From an uncultured Acidobacteriota bacterium (GTDB lineage Bacteria; Acidobacteriota; UBA6911): DNA of 64,000 nucleotides. Positions 1-14,863 of the stretch are shown here, piece by piece (within the stretch, counting starts at the first letter, position 1; each line of letters opens with the position of its first letter). The stretch covers positions 64,588-128,587 of the forward strand of contig CAWJKZ010000027.1 in the NCBI GenBank assembly GCA_963843575.1. Direction: 5' to 3'. The notes beneath the pieces were generated by a model, which did no database searches, had not been told where the DNA came from, and saw only the letters and a program-made list of their open reading frames with translations. The position numbers and the translations under genes were made by a program.

Positions 1-159
1 TGCTGGACCGAAGGGGTCGCGGTGGGAAGCGAGCCCTATGTCAAGCGGATATCGGCGGCGTGGTCCGGGCTTGGGAGCCTTCCCGAGCCGGTTCTCGAGA
101 CGAAGGGTGTCTGGGCGGTTTATGAGCTTGGGGCTGCTTCGGAGATATCTTACTCATAA
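1..159 (+). mobile_element. 3' end of probable REP-associated tyrosine (Y1/HUH) transposase, RAYT-like; partial at window edge
   Basis: Frame 1 reads CWTEGVAVGSEPYVKRI...VWAVYELGAASEISYS*. The WTE.(I/V)AVGS..(F/Y)V segment resembles C-termini of RAYT-like transposases, and a GGTCCGTCCCC repeat end follows 16 bp later. The catalytic HUH/Y region is outside the window. Confidence 0.5.
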
Positions 160-171
160 CGAACTACTTAC

Positions 172-3368
<3,197 letters not shown>

Positions 3369-3576
3369 CCTAACTCCTGATCGTAATATCCGCTTCCGCG
3401 CGCACTCGGCCCGGGATGCGTTGTTTTCTTTCCATGTCGGGTCTGCCGGAAAAACGAGCGCTATCATAGCCGCTTGCCCCCCCTCAGGCCACTGATTTGA
3501 CACATCGCGTCCGACGGGTGGCCGGATATCGGTTTTGCTTTTCCGGCCCCTGCGATACTGCTAAGCTCGGCACACT

Positions 3577-5143
<1,567 letters not shown>

Positions 5144-5350
5144 CGGTCCTGGGAGCGGCGAGAAACAATAACTCACCACGGAAGACACTGAAGGACCCAC
5201 CCGGCAAGTGTTGTCGCAGGCCGGCGCACGTTCGTCCGCGGCAAGGTTTTTGATTTTTCCCGTTCCTTGCATCCGGAAGGCCGGGGAACGGGGCGTCCTC
5301 GGCCGAAAACGTAAGTCCGCCAGGTGCTGAACGGCGGGATGGGAGAGAAC

Positions 5351-5746
5351 GTGAGCGAGACGCAAGAGACTGAAACCGGCACGATGTCGTGGGCGGACCT
5401 CACGGTCCCGGACGCCGCCGCGGTGCGGGATTTCTACCAGGCCGTGGTCGGGTGGAAATCGACAGCATTGGACATGGGAGGATACGACGACTACTGCATG
5501 AATCTCCCGTCCAGCGGCACCACCGTCGCCGGGATCTGTCACGCGCGCGGCGTCAACGCGGCGCTCCCGCCGGTCTGGCTCCTGTACATCACGGTCGCCG
5601 ACATCGACGCGAGCCTCCGCCGCTGCCTGGAACTCGGCGGCACGGTGATTGCCGGGCCCACGGACATGGGGAGCCAGGGCCGGTGCTGCGTCATCCGCGA
5701 TCCGGCCGGCGCGGTCGTCGCACTCGTGGGCCGCAGCGCTTCGTGA
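5351..5746 (+). CDS. VOC/glyoxalase family protein
   Basis: W.DL..PD....RDFY..V.GW, WLLYITVADID and VIRDPAGA motifs. Confidence 0.85.
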   Translation: MSETQETETGTMSWADLTVPDAAAVRDFYQAVVGWKSTALDMGGYDDYCMNLPSSGTTVAGICHARGVNAALPPVWLLYITVADIDASLRRCLELGGTVIAGPTDMGSQGRCCVIRDPAGAVVALVGRSAS

Positions 5747-5758
5747 CCCTGGGAGGCA

Positions 5759-5789
5759 GTGGGCCGCACCGACCCGCGCGGCCCGCACC
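5759..5789. repeat. GTGG-footed REP-like palindrome (family B), degenerate
   Basis: GTGGGCCGCACCGACCCGCGCGGCCCGCAC between VOC and MFS genes. Confidence 0.55.
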
Positions 5790-5908
5790 ACCGGGTGGTT
5801 TTCGCCTCTACTGGTCGCCCCGGGCGAGGGCGAGCCGCCCCGCCCAATTACAGAAACCTGTTGATCCCGCACGAAAACCCTTTATCGTGGACTTGGAGGC
5901 CAACCGCT

Positions 5909-7222
5909 ATGGAACTGTTCCGGGGTCGGGTCAGGTGGGTGCTCATATTCTGGATGTTCGTCCTCAGCGCGGTGGCATACCTCGACCGCGTCAATATCTC
6001 GATCGCGGCACGCTCGATAGCGCAGGAGTTTGAGCTGGACAACATCCGCCTGGGATGGGTCTTCAGCGCATTCGTGCTCGGCTACGCCCTGTTCCAGGCA
6101 CCGGGAGGCCGCCTGGCCGACCGTTTCGGGCCGCGCAGGGTCCTGGTGCTGGCCACCGTGTGGTGGGGTCTGTTCACCGCCCTGACGGCGGCGGTGCCGG
6201 CCGTTCCGGGCATCCTCGGTGTGTTGCTCGGGGTCCGTTTCCTCCTCGGCGTCGGGGAGGCGGTGGTTTACCCGGCATCCAACAGGCTGGTGGCCAACTG
6301 GATCCCCTCGCAGGAACGGGGCATCGCCAACGGGCTGATTTTCGCGGGGGTCGGGGCGGGCGCCGGGATCACGCCGCCGCTGATCACCTTCATCATGCTG
6401 AACTACGGATGGCGCTGGTCCTTCTGGATCAGCGCGATGATTGGGCTGGCCGTCGGCGGCGTCTGGTTTTTCCTCGCCCGCGACAACCCGGAGAGCCATC
6501 CGTGGATGAGCGAGGCCGAAGCGCAGCACATACGCTCGGGGCTGCCTCAATCCGGCGCGCGGGCCGGGGCGCCCGCGGCCCTGCCCTGGAGCGCCATCGT
6601 GGCCAACCGCGACGTATTGGCCGTCACGGCCAGCTACTTCTGCTACGGCTATGTCGCGTACATCTACTTCACCTGGTTTTTCATGTACCTGAGCACGGTG
6701 CGCGGCCTAGACCTCAAATCGAGCTCTTATTACGGCATGCTTCCGTTTGCCGCCATGGCGGTCTGCTCGCCGCTCGGAGGCATCATCAGCGACCGCGTGA
6801 CCAAACGCTACGGGAAACGGGCCGGACGCTGCGGCATCGCAGTGGTCGGGCTGGCCCTTTCGGGGGTCTTCATTGTCCTGGGGACGCAGGCGCAGGACGC
6901 CAGGCTTGCGAGCGTCGTTCTGGCAGGGGGTGCCGGGGCGCTGTATCTCTCGCAAAGCTCGTTCTGGTCCGTGACGGCCGACATCGCGGGGCGTTCCGCG
7001 GGATCGGTGTCCGGCATCATGAACATGGGAAACCAGATCGGCGGCGCGATCACCGCCTCGCTGACACCGCTGCTGGCCAAGTACTTCGGCTGGACCGCCT
7101 CGTTCCTGGTCGCGGCCGGGCTGTGCGTGGTCGGCGCCCTCGCCTGGCTCGCGGTCCACCCGGACAGGCAGATCCTGGTGGACAGGAGCGCGGGGGCCGC
7201 GGCGCGGACGCAGTCAACTTAA
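5909..7222 (+). CDS. MFS transporter, anion:cation symporter type (glucarate/galactonate-like)
   Basis: YLDRVNISIA, GRLADRFGPR motif A, many TM segments, SGIMNMGNQIGG. Confidence 0.88.
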   Translation: MELFRGRVRWVLIFWMFVLSAVAYLDRVNISIAARSIAQEFELDNIRLGWVFSAFVLGYALFQAPGGRLADRFGPRRVLVLATVWWGLFTALTAAVPAVPGILGVLLGVRFLLGVGEAVVYPASNRLVANWIPSQERGIANGLIFAGVGAGAGITPPLITFIMLNYGWRWSFWISAMIGLAVGGVWFFLARDNPESHPWMSEAEAQHIRSGLPQSGARAGAPAALPWSAIVANRDVLAVTASYFCYGYVAYIYFTWFFMYLSTVRGLDLKSSSYYGMLPFAAMAVCSPLGGIISDRVTKRYGKRAGRCGIAVVGLALSGVFIVLGTQAQDARLASVVLAGGAGALYLSQSSFWSVTADIAGRSAGSVSGIMNMGNQIGGAITASLTPLLAKYFGWTASFLVAAGLCVVGALAWLAVHPDRQILVDRSAGAAARTQST

Positions 7223-7243
7223 AGCTCTCACGGAGAAAACAAA

Positions 7244-7972
7244 ATGAAACGGAAAATCCTGCTCGGTGCCGCCCTGTCGGCCCTGGTCCTGGCTTTCGGG
7301 AGCTGGATCTTCTCGCAAGCGGCCGGGGATCCCCTGATCGAGGCGTTCCGCCACACCGAGGTCGCGTCGGTCGCCGATGCCATGGAGCAGCTGTATGGAA
7401 CCCAGGCCTACATGCGCCACGACATGCGCCCCCTCTTCAAGACCAAGTTCGCCGGTCCTGCCGTAACCGTCATGATGAAGCGGGAAGAGCACAAAGAAGG
7501 CGGGGCTGCCAGCACGGGCATGATCGACGCCATCGACACAGCACCCGAAGGGTCGGTCTACGTCATGGTCCTCGAGGAAGGTCTGGACTACGGCGCGGTC
7601 GGCGGCTTGATGGCCACCACCATGAAGTACCGCGGCCTGGCCGGGGCCGTGGTGGACGCCTCGATCCGCGACCTGCCGCAATTGCAGCGGCTGCAGTTCC
7701 CGGTCTTCAGCCGCGGCGTCTCGCCCGGCACGACCATCGGCCACTTCCGATGCACCGGCTTCAACGTCCCGGTGACCTGCGCCGGTGTCCAAGTCAATCC
7801 CAAGGACATCGTCACGGCCGACGAGGATGGCGTGGCGGTCGTGCCCCGAGAAAAAGCCGCCGAGGTGCTGAAGAAGGCCCAGGAACTCGACTTCACCGAG
7901 CACTCGACCTATCCCTTCATCGAACGGTTCAAGTCGCTGAAGGAGGCGGTGGCCAAGTTCGGCCGGATCTGA
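7244..7972 (+). CDS. RraA/HMG-aldolase family protein with N-terminal signal peptide
   Basis: SVADAM, FAGPAVT, GGLMAT, VVDASIRD and DIVTADEDGVAVVP motifs; MKRKILLGAALSALVLA leader. Confidence 0.85.
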   Translation: MKRKILLGAALSALVLAFGSWIFSQAAGDPLIEAFRHTEVASVADAMEQLYGTQAYMRHDMRPLFKTKFAGPAVTVMMKREEHKEGGAASTGMIDAIDTAPEGSVYVMVLEEGLDYGAVGGLMATTMKYRGLAGAVVDASIRDLPQLQRLQFPVFSRGVSPGTTIGHFRCTGFNVPVTCAGVQVNPKDIVTADEDGVAVVPREKAAEVLKKAQELDFTEHSTYPFIERFKSLKEAVAKFGRI

Positions 7973-8065
7973 CGAACTTCAGAGGCTGTTCTACGATTGA
8001 GGTTTTGAAAAAGCAAGTGCGGCCAGGCCGGGTGGTTCAACCGTCCGGGCTGAAGCCCGACGCAC

Positions 8066-9513
8066 CTATTCCTTTGCCGGGAGGAACGGCCGCGTCCAGT
8101 TGCGCCTCGCCAGGGCCTTCAATTCGTTTTTGACGTCGGCAAACCCAGGGCTCGCCGCCTTGTTCCGTTCTTCGCCCGGATCGGCATCGTAGTCGTAGAG
8201 CTGCTCGCCGAGGTTGCCGTCGTCCCCCACATCGTGTAGCGCCAGCGTTCGGTGCGCACGCTGTAGCCGCCGTAACTGGCGCGCCACACCTGGGTGAAGG
8301 CCGGCTTGTCCCATGGCGCCCCGGGATCGTCCAGCAGCGGTGTCAGGCTCTTGCCCGCGATCCCCAGCGGCGGCCTCAGGCCGCAGACCTCGGCCAGCGT
8401 CGGGTAGATGTCCAGCAACTCCACGGTGCGAGGCGAATGGCCTCCGCGGGTCTTCTGTCCCGGCACCGACAGGATCAGCGGGACGCGGGCTGAGTTCTCG
8501 AAATTGCTCTGCTTCATCCAGAGGCCCAGCTCGCCCAGGTGATAGCCGTTGTCGCCCCAGAAGACGACGATCGTGCTGTCGGCGAGCCCCAGCCGGTCCA
8601 GCGCGTCGAGCAAGCGGCCGACCTGGGCGTCCATGAAGGCAATGGCGGCGTAGTAGGCGCGGATCGACTCGCGCGCCTGCCGCTCGGTGACGCCGAACCA
8701 GGGCCACGGCTGGGTAGAGGCCAGCGCCCCTTCGGGCACCTGGCTCGGCAGGTCCTTCGGATACCGGGGGGCTGCGATCACCTCCAGCGGCACCGGGTCG
8801 AAGTACTTCTTCGGGGCGACATAGGGGGAGTGCGGGCGGTAGAAGCCGCAGGCGATGAAGAACGGCCGGTCCCTGTGCTCCTCGAGGAGTCGTACGGCCG
8901 CCTGTGCCCCGATCCCGTCGGTCTGCTCCTCGTCGGTTCCCTCGGCGGCCAGGAAGGAGAGCGAGCTCCCCAGTCCCCGCTTCGGCGTGTAGTTGACCAG
9001 CTTGCCCTCGTCGTCCTTGTCGCGGCCGCGCGGGTTGACAAACGCGTTCCACGAGGGCGGGTCGTCCAGCCCGCTGGTGCCGATGTCGCCGGGGACTCCG
9101 TAGTGATAGATCTTGCCGACACGGGCGGCGAAGTAGCCGTTGCGCATGAACATCTGCGGCAGCGTGACCACGTCCGGCAGCACCGAGCGGAAGTGCTTCT
9201 TGAGGTCGAACACCTCGGTGACGTCGGGCCGCAGCCCGGTCATGAGCGAGGTGCGGCTGGGGCTGCACAGCGGGAACTGGCAGTACGCGCGCTGGAATAG
9301 GGTCCCGCGCGCCGCGAGACGGTCGAGGTTGGGCGTCTTGACGAGCGTGTGCCCGTAGCAGCCGAGGCTGCAGTTCAGGTCGTCCGAGGCGATGAACAGC
9401 ACGTTGAGCCTGCCGCCCCCATGCGCGGCGACGGCCCTTCTTTCCGGGAGGGTCAGGGCGGCTGCGCCGGCTCCCGCCAATTTCAGCAGACCGCGCCTCG
9501 TTATAGTACCCAT
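8066..9513 (-). CDS. Tat-exported sulfatase (iduronate-2-sulfatase/choline sulfatase-like); frameshift near 8230
   Basis: TRRGLLK Tat motif, NVLFIASDDL, CSPSR formylglycine motif, GKIYH, GDNGYHLGE. Confidence 0.9.
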
Positions 9514-9616
9514 GGTTTCAGCTCCCGATCTTATTAGATTTCGCGATATTCCGTGACTCTCCGCGGCAAGGTTGGCACTGGCCCGGGCCGAGTCCTCCGG
9601 TGATTCTTCCGACAAC

Positions 9617-11038
9617 TCACCGCAGCACGATTTTCCCGAGCGGATACCAGCCTTCGGGTGTCCGGCCGGAAATGGCGAGGTTCACCTTGGGCGCCTTCAG
9701 ATCGAAGTCCATGATCGCCAGTTCCAGGTCGTACCCCCCGGCCGCGAGGTTCGGCGGGATCTTGACTTTCCCGTCAAACAGGCTGTCGCCGGGAAGCCAG
9801 GTCGTGATGTCCCCGTCCGTGCGCAGGACAGCGGCCTGCGATCCGTTCCTGAGTCGCAGGGCCACCGGATATTTCCGGTAACAGGGTGCGACGCCCTTGT
9901 TTTCCCACCAGGAGGTAAACGACAGCTCGCCCCCGGGCTGCACGGCCGCGGGGTAGGTGAATTTGCGGAGCACGAACCGGTACCCCATCCTCTTCAGCCA
10001 GCGGTTGACCTGGGGCCACCAGTCGTCGGGCACGGGCGACGACTTGGCGTTGAACGACGAGATGTGCCACTTGAGCGACTGGTCGATGATGTAATCCACG
10101 TCCCACCCTTTGTTCTTCCACTGCTGCATCACCCAGCACACCTCGAGGGACACCGGGGCCTTCTTCCAGGCGTCCTGCATGCCGAAGTAGATGATGTTCT
10201 CCGGGTAGTAGTCGAGCATATGGGACCACGTGGGGCTGAAGCCACCCATGTCGCCGAGGCAGTCGACGCGCCAACCCACGGCGCGCCTCGACAGGGCATA
10301 CTGGTTCGTCTCGCGGTCGGTGAGCTGCATCAGCAAGGGGGTTTTTTCGAAGGTGTCGAGATAGCAGTCCAGCAACGCGCGGCGGGTCGCCGGCGTGAGG
10401 CGTTCGGAGCCTTCCCCTTCGCCCCAGGCGCCAACGATGGACACGTCGATCGCTTCCACGTCCGGGTGGCCGTCGTAGCGCAACCCCAGTTGCCGGATCA
10501 TCCCGCCGAAGTGTTTCGGGTAGCGCGGATCCTCGGGATTAGTGCGCCACTTCTTGACCGGGAGCACGTCGGCCTCGCTTCCCAGCATCTTCCGATACCA
10601 GTCGGGCACGTCGTTGTTGGCGTCGGTCCCGTACGGGGCGAGGCGCAGCAGCAGCGCCTGCCCGCGCGCCCGGGCGGTTTTCAGGGCCGTGTCGATGAGT
10701 TCCCACCGGTATTTCCCGCTCTCCGGCTCGATAAACTTCCAGTACACGCGGAAGTATGCGATGGAGGTCATGGGATGGTTCTTGTTCTCGAGGCTTCCCG
10801 TGGGGGCCTGGTAGACGATCGGGTATCCCTCGGTCCACCCGAGCCCCTGGTTCAGATCGTCGCCGTTGAAACGCTGAAACGTCATGAACCCGATCCCGGG
10901 ATTGACGAGGACGTCGTCGATCTCGCTGGGCCGGGTCGTAACGGCATCCTGCGCGGGCGCGACGGCGATCCCGGCTGTGAGCAGCGCGGTCAAAGTCCAT
11001 GACGCAAATCGCGCGCACCTGCCCGGCTTCGGCTGCAT
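9617..11038 (-). CDS. Secreted DUF4832-type/GH42-like putative glycoside hydrolase
   Basis: Signal peptide, LVNPGIGF, YFRVYWKFIEPESGKY, GAWGE, KRMGYRFVL and WENKGVAP motifs. Confidence 0.7.
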   Translation of the reverse strand: MQPKPGRCARFASWTLTALLTAGIAVAPAQDAVTTRPSEIDDVLVNPGIGFMTFQRFNGDDLNQGLGWTEGYPIVYQAPTGSLENKNHPMTSIAYFRVYWKFIEPESGKYRWELIDTALKTARARGQALLLRLAPYGTDANNDVPDWYRKMLGSEADVLPVKKWRTNPEDPRYPKHFGGMIRQLGLRYDGHPDVEAIDVSIVGAWGEGEGSERLTPATRRALLDCYLDTFEKTPLLMQLTDRETNQYALSRRAVGWRVDCLGDMGGFSPTWSHMLDYYPENIIYFGMQDAWKKAPVSLEVCWVMQQWKNKGWDVDYIIDQSLKWHISSFNAKSSPVPDDWWPQVNRWLKRMGYRFVLRKFTYPAAVQPGGELSFTSWWENKGVAPCYRKYPVALRLRNGSQAAVLRTDGDITTWLPGDSLFDGKVKIPPNLAAGGYDLELAIMDFDLKAPKVNLAISGRTPEGWYPLGKIVLR

Positions 11039-11105
11039 CCTGACCTCCCGTCATCGTTTGAATGCAATCCTCCGCCGTGTCCCCCCTTCCGCGCAAACAA
11101 AAAAG

Positions 11106-11140
11106 GGGGTGGGCCGCGTCGGGCCGACGCGGCCCACCCC
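11106..11140. repeat. GTGG-footed REP-like perfect palindrome (family B)
   Basis: GGGGTGGGCCGCGTCGG-G-CCGACGCGGCCCACCCC. Confidence 0.8.
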
Positions 11141-11237
11141 TGGGTCCGGTGTACTCTGGCAGCCGACGGAAGCTATTTAGTTGAAGCCCCTCCCGACCTG
11201 GTTCTATGATCCGTCCACCGCCACCAGTGGAGGTCCT

Positions 11238-12602
11238 ATGAAAAGCACGCGGCGCGAATTCATGAAATCCGCGGTCGCGGCGCGGCCCGCAGCTTTCCTG
11301 TTCCCCACCATGGTCACCCGCCCGCTGCGCGGCGGCGCCGCCCCGGGGAGCCTGATCAACGTCGGGGTCATCGGCTCCGGCCGCATTGCCCGCGAGCACG
11401 ACATGCCGGGGATCATCAAGCACGACAAGACCGCCCGGATCACGGCGTTGTGCGATCTCGACGCCGACCGAGTCGAAGAAGGCCGTCAGTTCGTCCAGGA
11501 GCGCTACGCGCAGAAAGGGATCCCGCTGACGGTGCGGACCTACGCCGACTATCGCGAGATGCTGCAGAACAAGGAACTCGACGCGATCGTCATCTGCACG
11601 CCCGACCATTGGCACGCCAAACCGGCCATCGATGCGGCCCAGGCGGGCAAGGACGTCTACCTGGAGAAGCCAACCTCGCTCACGATCGCCGAAGGCCGCA
11701 CCATGAGCGACGCCATCATGCGTACCGGCAGGGTCTTCCAGATGGGAACGCAGCAGCGCTCCTGGGAACAGTTCCGGGTCGCCTGCGAGCTCGTGCGCAA
11801 CGGCAGGATAGGGAAGCTGCACACGGTCCGCATCGGCTTGCCCGGGGATCCTTCGGGCAAGCCCGAACCCGAGATGCCCGTCCCGAAAAACCTGAACTAC
11901 GAGATGTGGCTGGGCTCCACCCCCTACGTCTACTACACCGAAAACCGCGTCCACCCGCAAAAGGGCTACGACCGCCCGGGCTGGCTGCGCTGCGAGCAGT
12001 TCGGCGCCGGCATGATCACGGGCTGGGGCCACCACCACGTCGACATCGCACACTGGGGTATGGACGCCGAGTACTCAGGGCCCGTCGAGATCCAGGCAAC
12101 CGCCGATTTCCCGAAGGGCGGCCTGTGGGACGTACACGGGGACTTCCAGGTAGAGGCGCTTTACCCGGGCGGGGTGACCATGTTCATCAGCGGCAAGTAC
12201 CCGAACGGGATCCGTTTCGAAGGCTCCGACGGCTGGATCTTCGTTACTCGCGGGAGCTATACGGCCACCGCCAGCGACCCGGTCAACAGCGCCGCAGGCC
12301 AGAGTCCGCTGTCGGCAAGCGACCCCAGGCTGCTGAAATCGCAGATCGGCCCCGACGAGATTCACCTGTACCCGAGCAATGACCACCACGGCAACTGGCT
12401 GGACTGCATCCGGAACCGCCGGCCGACGGTCTGCCCGGTCGAGATCGGGCACCGAGGCTGCACCACCTGCCTGCTCAGCCACATCGCCATGAAGCTGCCG
12501 CGAAAACTCTACTGGGATCACATCCGGGAGAGATTCAGAAACGACGACGAGGCCAACGCGCTCCTGGCGCGCGCGCAGCGCTGGCCATACCAGATCGGCT
12601 AA
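11238..12602 (+). CDS. Tat-exported Gfo/Idh/MocA oxidoreductase
   Basis: STRREFMK, VGVIGSG, TPDHWH, DVYLEKP, QMGTQQRS. Confidence 0.92.
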   Translation: MKSTRREFMKSAVAARPAAFLFPTMVTRPLRGGAAPGSLINVGVIGSGRIAREHDMPGIIKHDKTARITALCDLDADRVEEGRQFVQERYAQKGIPLTVRTYADYREMLQNKELDAIVICTPDHWHAKPAIDAAQAGKDVYLEKPTSLTIAEGRTMSDAIMRTGRVFQMGTQQRSWEQFRVACELVRNGRIGKLHTVRIGLPGDPSGKPEPEMPVPKNLNYEMWLGSTPYVYYTENRVHPQKGYDRPGWLRCEQFGAGMITGWGHHHVDIAHWGMDAEYSGPVEIQATADFPKGGLWDVHGDFQVEALYPGGVTMFISGKYPNGIRFEGSDGWIFVTRGSYTATASDPVNSAAGQSPLSASDPRLLKSQIGPDEIHLYPSNDHHGNWLDCIRNRRPTVCPVEIGHRGCTTCLLSHIAMKLPRKLYWDHIRERFRNDDEANALLARAQRWPYQIG

Positions 12603-12639
12603 CACCCGCGCCATTTCCCCGCCCTGCCGGCCTGCTGTC

Positions 12640-13605
12640 GTGCCTGCGATCGGAGGGAATGTGAACCGAAGAATCGTGCTCCGCGCGTCCCTGTTCGGCC
12701 TGGCCGCCGCCGCGGGCCGCGCGGGCGGGATCGGACCGGGGGCTTGGCCGCAGACCGCCGCGGATGCCCAGAAAGGGATGGACGCCGAGCGGCTCGACGA
12801 CCGGATCGTGGTCAGAGTCGACGGCGAAACCTTCACGTGCTATCGCTTCGGTCCGGGTCAGAAGTATCCCTACTTCTACCCGGTGAACGGCCCGGCCTCG
12901 GGCCGCTCCGTCACGACCGAATCCTCGCTTCCCTACCCCCATCATCGCTCCCTCTTCTTCGGCTGCGACCGGGTCAACGGCGGCAACTACTGGCAGGAGG
13001 GGAACGAGCTGGGGCAAATCGTCTCCGGAGGAGCCGTGGTGGCTACAAACGGCCCGCACGTGGTCGAGATCAGGGACAATTGCCAGTGGCGCAAACCGGG
13101 TGAAAAGCCCGTGATCGCGGACCGTCGCGAGATCCGCATCGAGGCGCCCTCGCGCGCGCTGCGACTCATCGATTTCACGGTCACGCTGACCGCCTTGACC
13201 GAGGTCCGGATCGAACGCACGAACCATGCCCTGTTCGCCGCCCGCGTCGTCCCGGAGCTCTCGGTGAAAAACGGCGGCACCCTGGCCAACGCCGAAGGCG
13301 CCCTCTCGGAGAAAGGCACGTACGGGGTGCCGTCCGCCTGGTGCGATTATTCGGGCCGCCATTGCGGTGTCGGGGAAGGAATCGCAATATTCGATTCCCC
13401 CGCCAACCCGTGGTTCCCGTGCACGTGGTTCACCCGCGATTACGGGTTCTTCTCTCCGACCCCGATGGAATGGCTGGGTCAGGAAGGTTACCGCCTCAAG
13501 CACGGAGAAGACCTGCGGCTGCGGCATCGAGTCGTCGTGCACGCCGGCACTCAGGGGCGGGGCACAATCGCAGACCTGTTCCAGCAGTGGAAGAAAACAC
13601 CCTGA
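12640..13605 (+). CDS. DUF6807 (so-called PmoA-like) periplasmic protein
   Basis: KYPYFYPV, PYPHHRSLFF, DSPANP...WFTRDYG. Confidence 0.75.
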   Translation: MPAIGGNVNRRIVLRASLFGLAAAAGRAGGIGPGAWPQTAADAQKGMDAERLDDRIVVRVDGETFTCYRFGPGQKYPYFYPVNGPASGRSVTTESSLPYPHHRSLFFGCDRVNGGNYWQEGNELGQIVSGGAVVATNGPHVVEIRDNCQWRKPGEKPVIADRREIRIEAPSRALRLIDFTVTLTALTEVRIERTNHALFAARVVPELSVKNGGTLANAEGALSEKGTYGVPSAWCDYSGRHCGVGEGIAIFDSPANPWFPCTWFTRDYGFFSPTPMEWLGQEGYRLKHGEDLRLRHRVVVHAGTQGRGTIADLFQQWKKTP

Positions 13606-13621
13606 AATCTGGGAAACCGAC

Positions 13622-14620
13622 ATGAGCTGGCTCCCCATCTGCATGTGCGCCACCGTCGTCGCCTGCGCCCTCTTCCCTCGCCCGGGCGCGGCGCCGGCCG
13701 CGCGGAACCCCGGCGGAGGCCAGGCACCGCCGTTCGAGTGGTGGCGGGGTGCCGACACGGTCGCGCTCGTCAAGGACGGCAGGCCCGTCTGGCAGTTCAA
13801 CTACTCGCCCGCCCTTTCGAAGCCTTGCTTCCACCCCCTGGCGCTCCCGGGCGGTTCCGATCTGACCTGGCTGAGCCCTAGGGACCACCCGCATCACCTG
13901 GCGCTCTTCTTCAGTTGGAAGTACCTGAACCGCGTCAATTACTGGGAGGAGCCCGGCGGGATTCCGGAAGGAACCACAAGGTGGTCCAACGTCGAGATTG
14001 AAACCCGTGCGGACTTCGCGGCGCGCATCAAGCTCGCGCTTCAATATCGGCCCCGGGGAGCGACAGCCGACGTCCTCAACGAGAAACGCGCCCTTGCGAT
14101 CTCGCGTCCCGCCGGGGACGGGGCTTATTCCCTCGACTGGGACATGGAGTTCACGGCCGGTCCCGCGGACGTCGTGCTCGACCGCACGCCACCGGACACC
14201 ACTCCCGACGGCAACGCGCGCGGGGGCTATGCCGGGTTGTCGATCCGGCTCGCCGCAGGTCTGTCGAGTCCGCGGGTCGCCGCCACGGCCGACACCGGGC
14301 CCCTGGCAAAGGATCGCTACGGTTTCGCAGCCTCGGCGGCCGAATTCAACGGGGTGATCGACGGGGGGGAGGTTGGCGTCGCCATCCTCGACCACCCCTC
14401 CAACCCGCGCGCACCCACGCGCTGGTACGGCATCATGGCCCGGTCCGTTCCCTTCTGGTACCTTAATGCCAGCCTCCTGCAACTCGAGCCCTATTCCCTG
14501 GCCGCGCACCAGCGGATGACGCTACGGTATCGCATCGTCGTGCACCCTCTGCGCTGGTCCCCCTCCCGCCTCCAGGAAGAACACGCCGGATATGCCCGGG
14601 AAAACGCCCGGACGAAGTGA
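13622..14620 (+). CDS. DUF6807 (so-called PmoA-like) periplasmic protein, second paralog
   Basis: KPCFHPL, DHPHHLALFFSW, GGYAGLSIR, DHPSNPR. Confidence 0.75.
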   Translation: MSWLPICMCATVVACALFPRPGAAPAARNPGGGQAPPFEWWRGADTVALVKDGRPVWQFNYSPALSKPCFHPLALPGGSDLTWLSPRDHPHHLALFFSWKYLNRVNYWEEPGGIPEGTTRWSNVEIETRADFAARIKLALQYRPRGATADVLNEKRALAISRPAGDGAYSLDWDMEFTAGPADVVLDRTPPDTTPDGNARGGYAGLSIRLAAGLSSPRVAATADTGPLAKDRYGFAASAAEFNGVIDGGEVGVAILDHPSNPRAPTRWYGIMARSVPFWYLNASLLQLEPYSLAAHQRMTLRYRIVVHPLRWSPSRLQEEHAGYARENARTK

Positions 14621-14640
14621 TGGTCCAGAGGGACACAGCA

Positions 14641-14720
14641 GGACGCGGATCTCCACGGATGTCCAGGATTCGCGGATCATCACCAGTTAAACCTGCGTAT
14701 ACCCGCGCAAACCCGCGTCC
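14641..14720. repeat. Palindromic element built from short tandem units (family C)
   Basis: GGACGCGGAT-CTCCACGGAT...ATACCCGCGC-AAACCCGCGTCC; related to 47199-47302. Confidence 0.5.
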
Positions 14721-14779
14721 TGGAAGGGGTGACCACTTGCCCCCGGCCGGAGGAAGCCGCAGCGAGGAACGATACGTCC

Positions 14780-14807
14780 GGGGCCGCGTCGGGCCGACGC
14801 GGCCCAC
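14780..14807. repeat. REP-like palindrome (family B)
   Basis: GGGGCCGCGTCGGGCCGACGCGGCCCAC, same core as 11111-11137. Confidence 0.8.
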
Positions 14808-14863
14808 TTCGGCCGTATTGTGGTAGTGTTTACCGCGGGGACGATGGGCGCGGGAGGGAAAAG

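Noticed and set aside
6055-8133. Long alternative-frame ORFs (also 19655-21625, 15167-16999 and others)
   Set aside because: Arg/Pro/Gly-rich shadow ORFs overlapping well-supported genes, as expected at high GC.
12640-14620. PmoA-family label suggesting methane oxidation
   Set aside because: These are soluble exported DUF6807-type proteins with no pmoCAB context.
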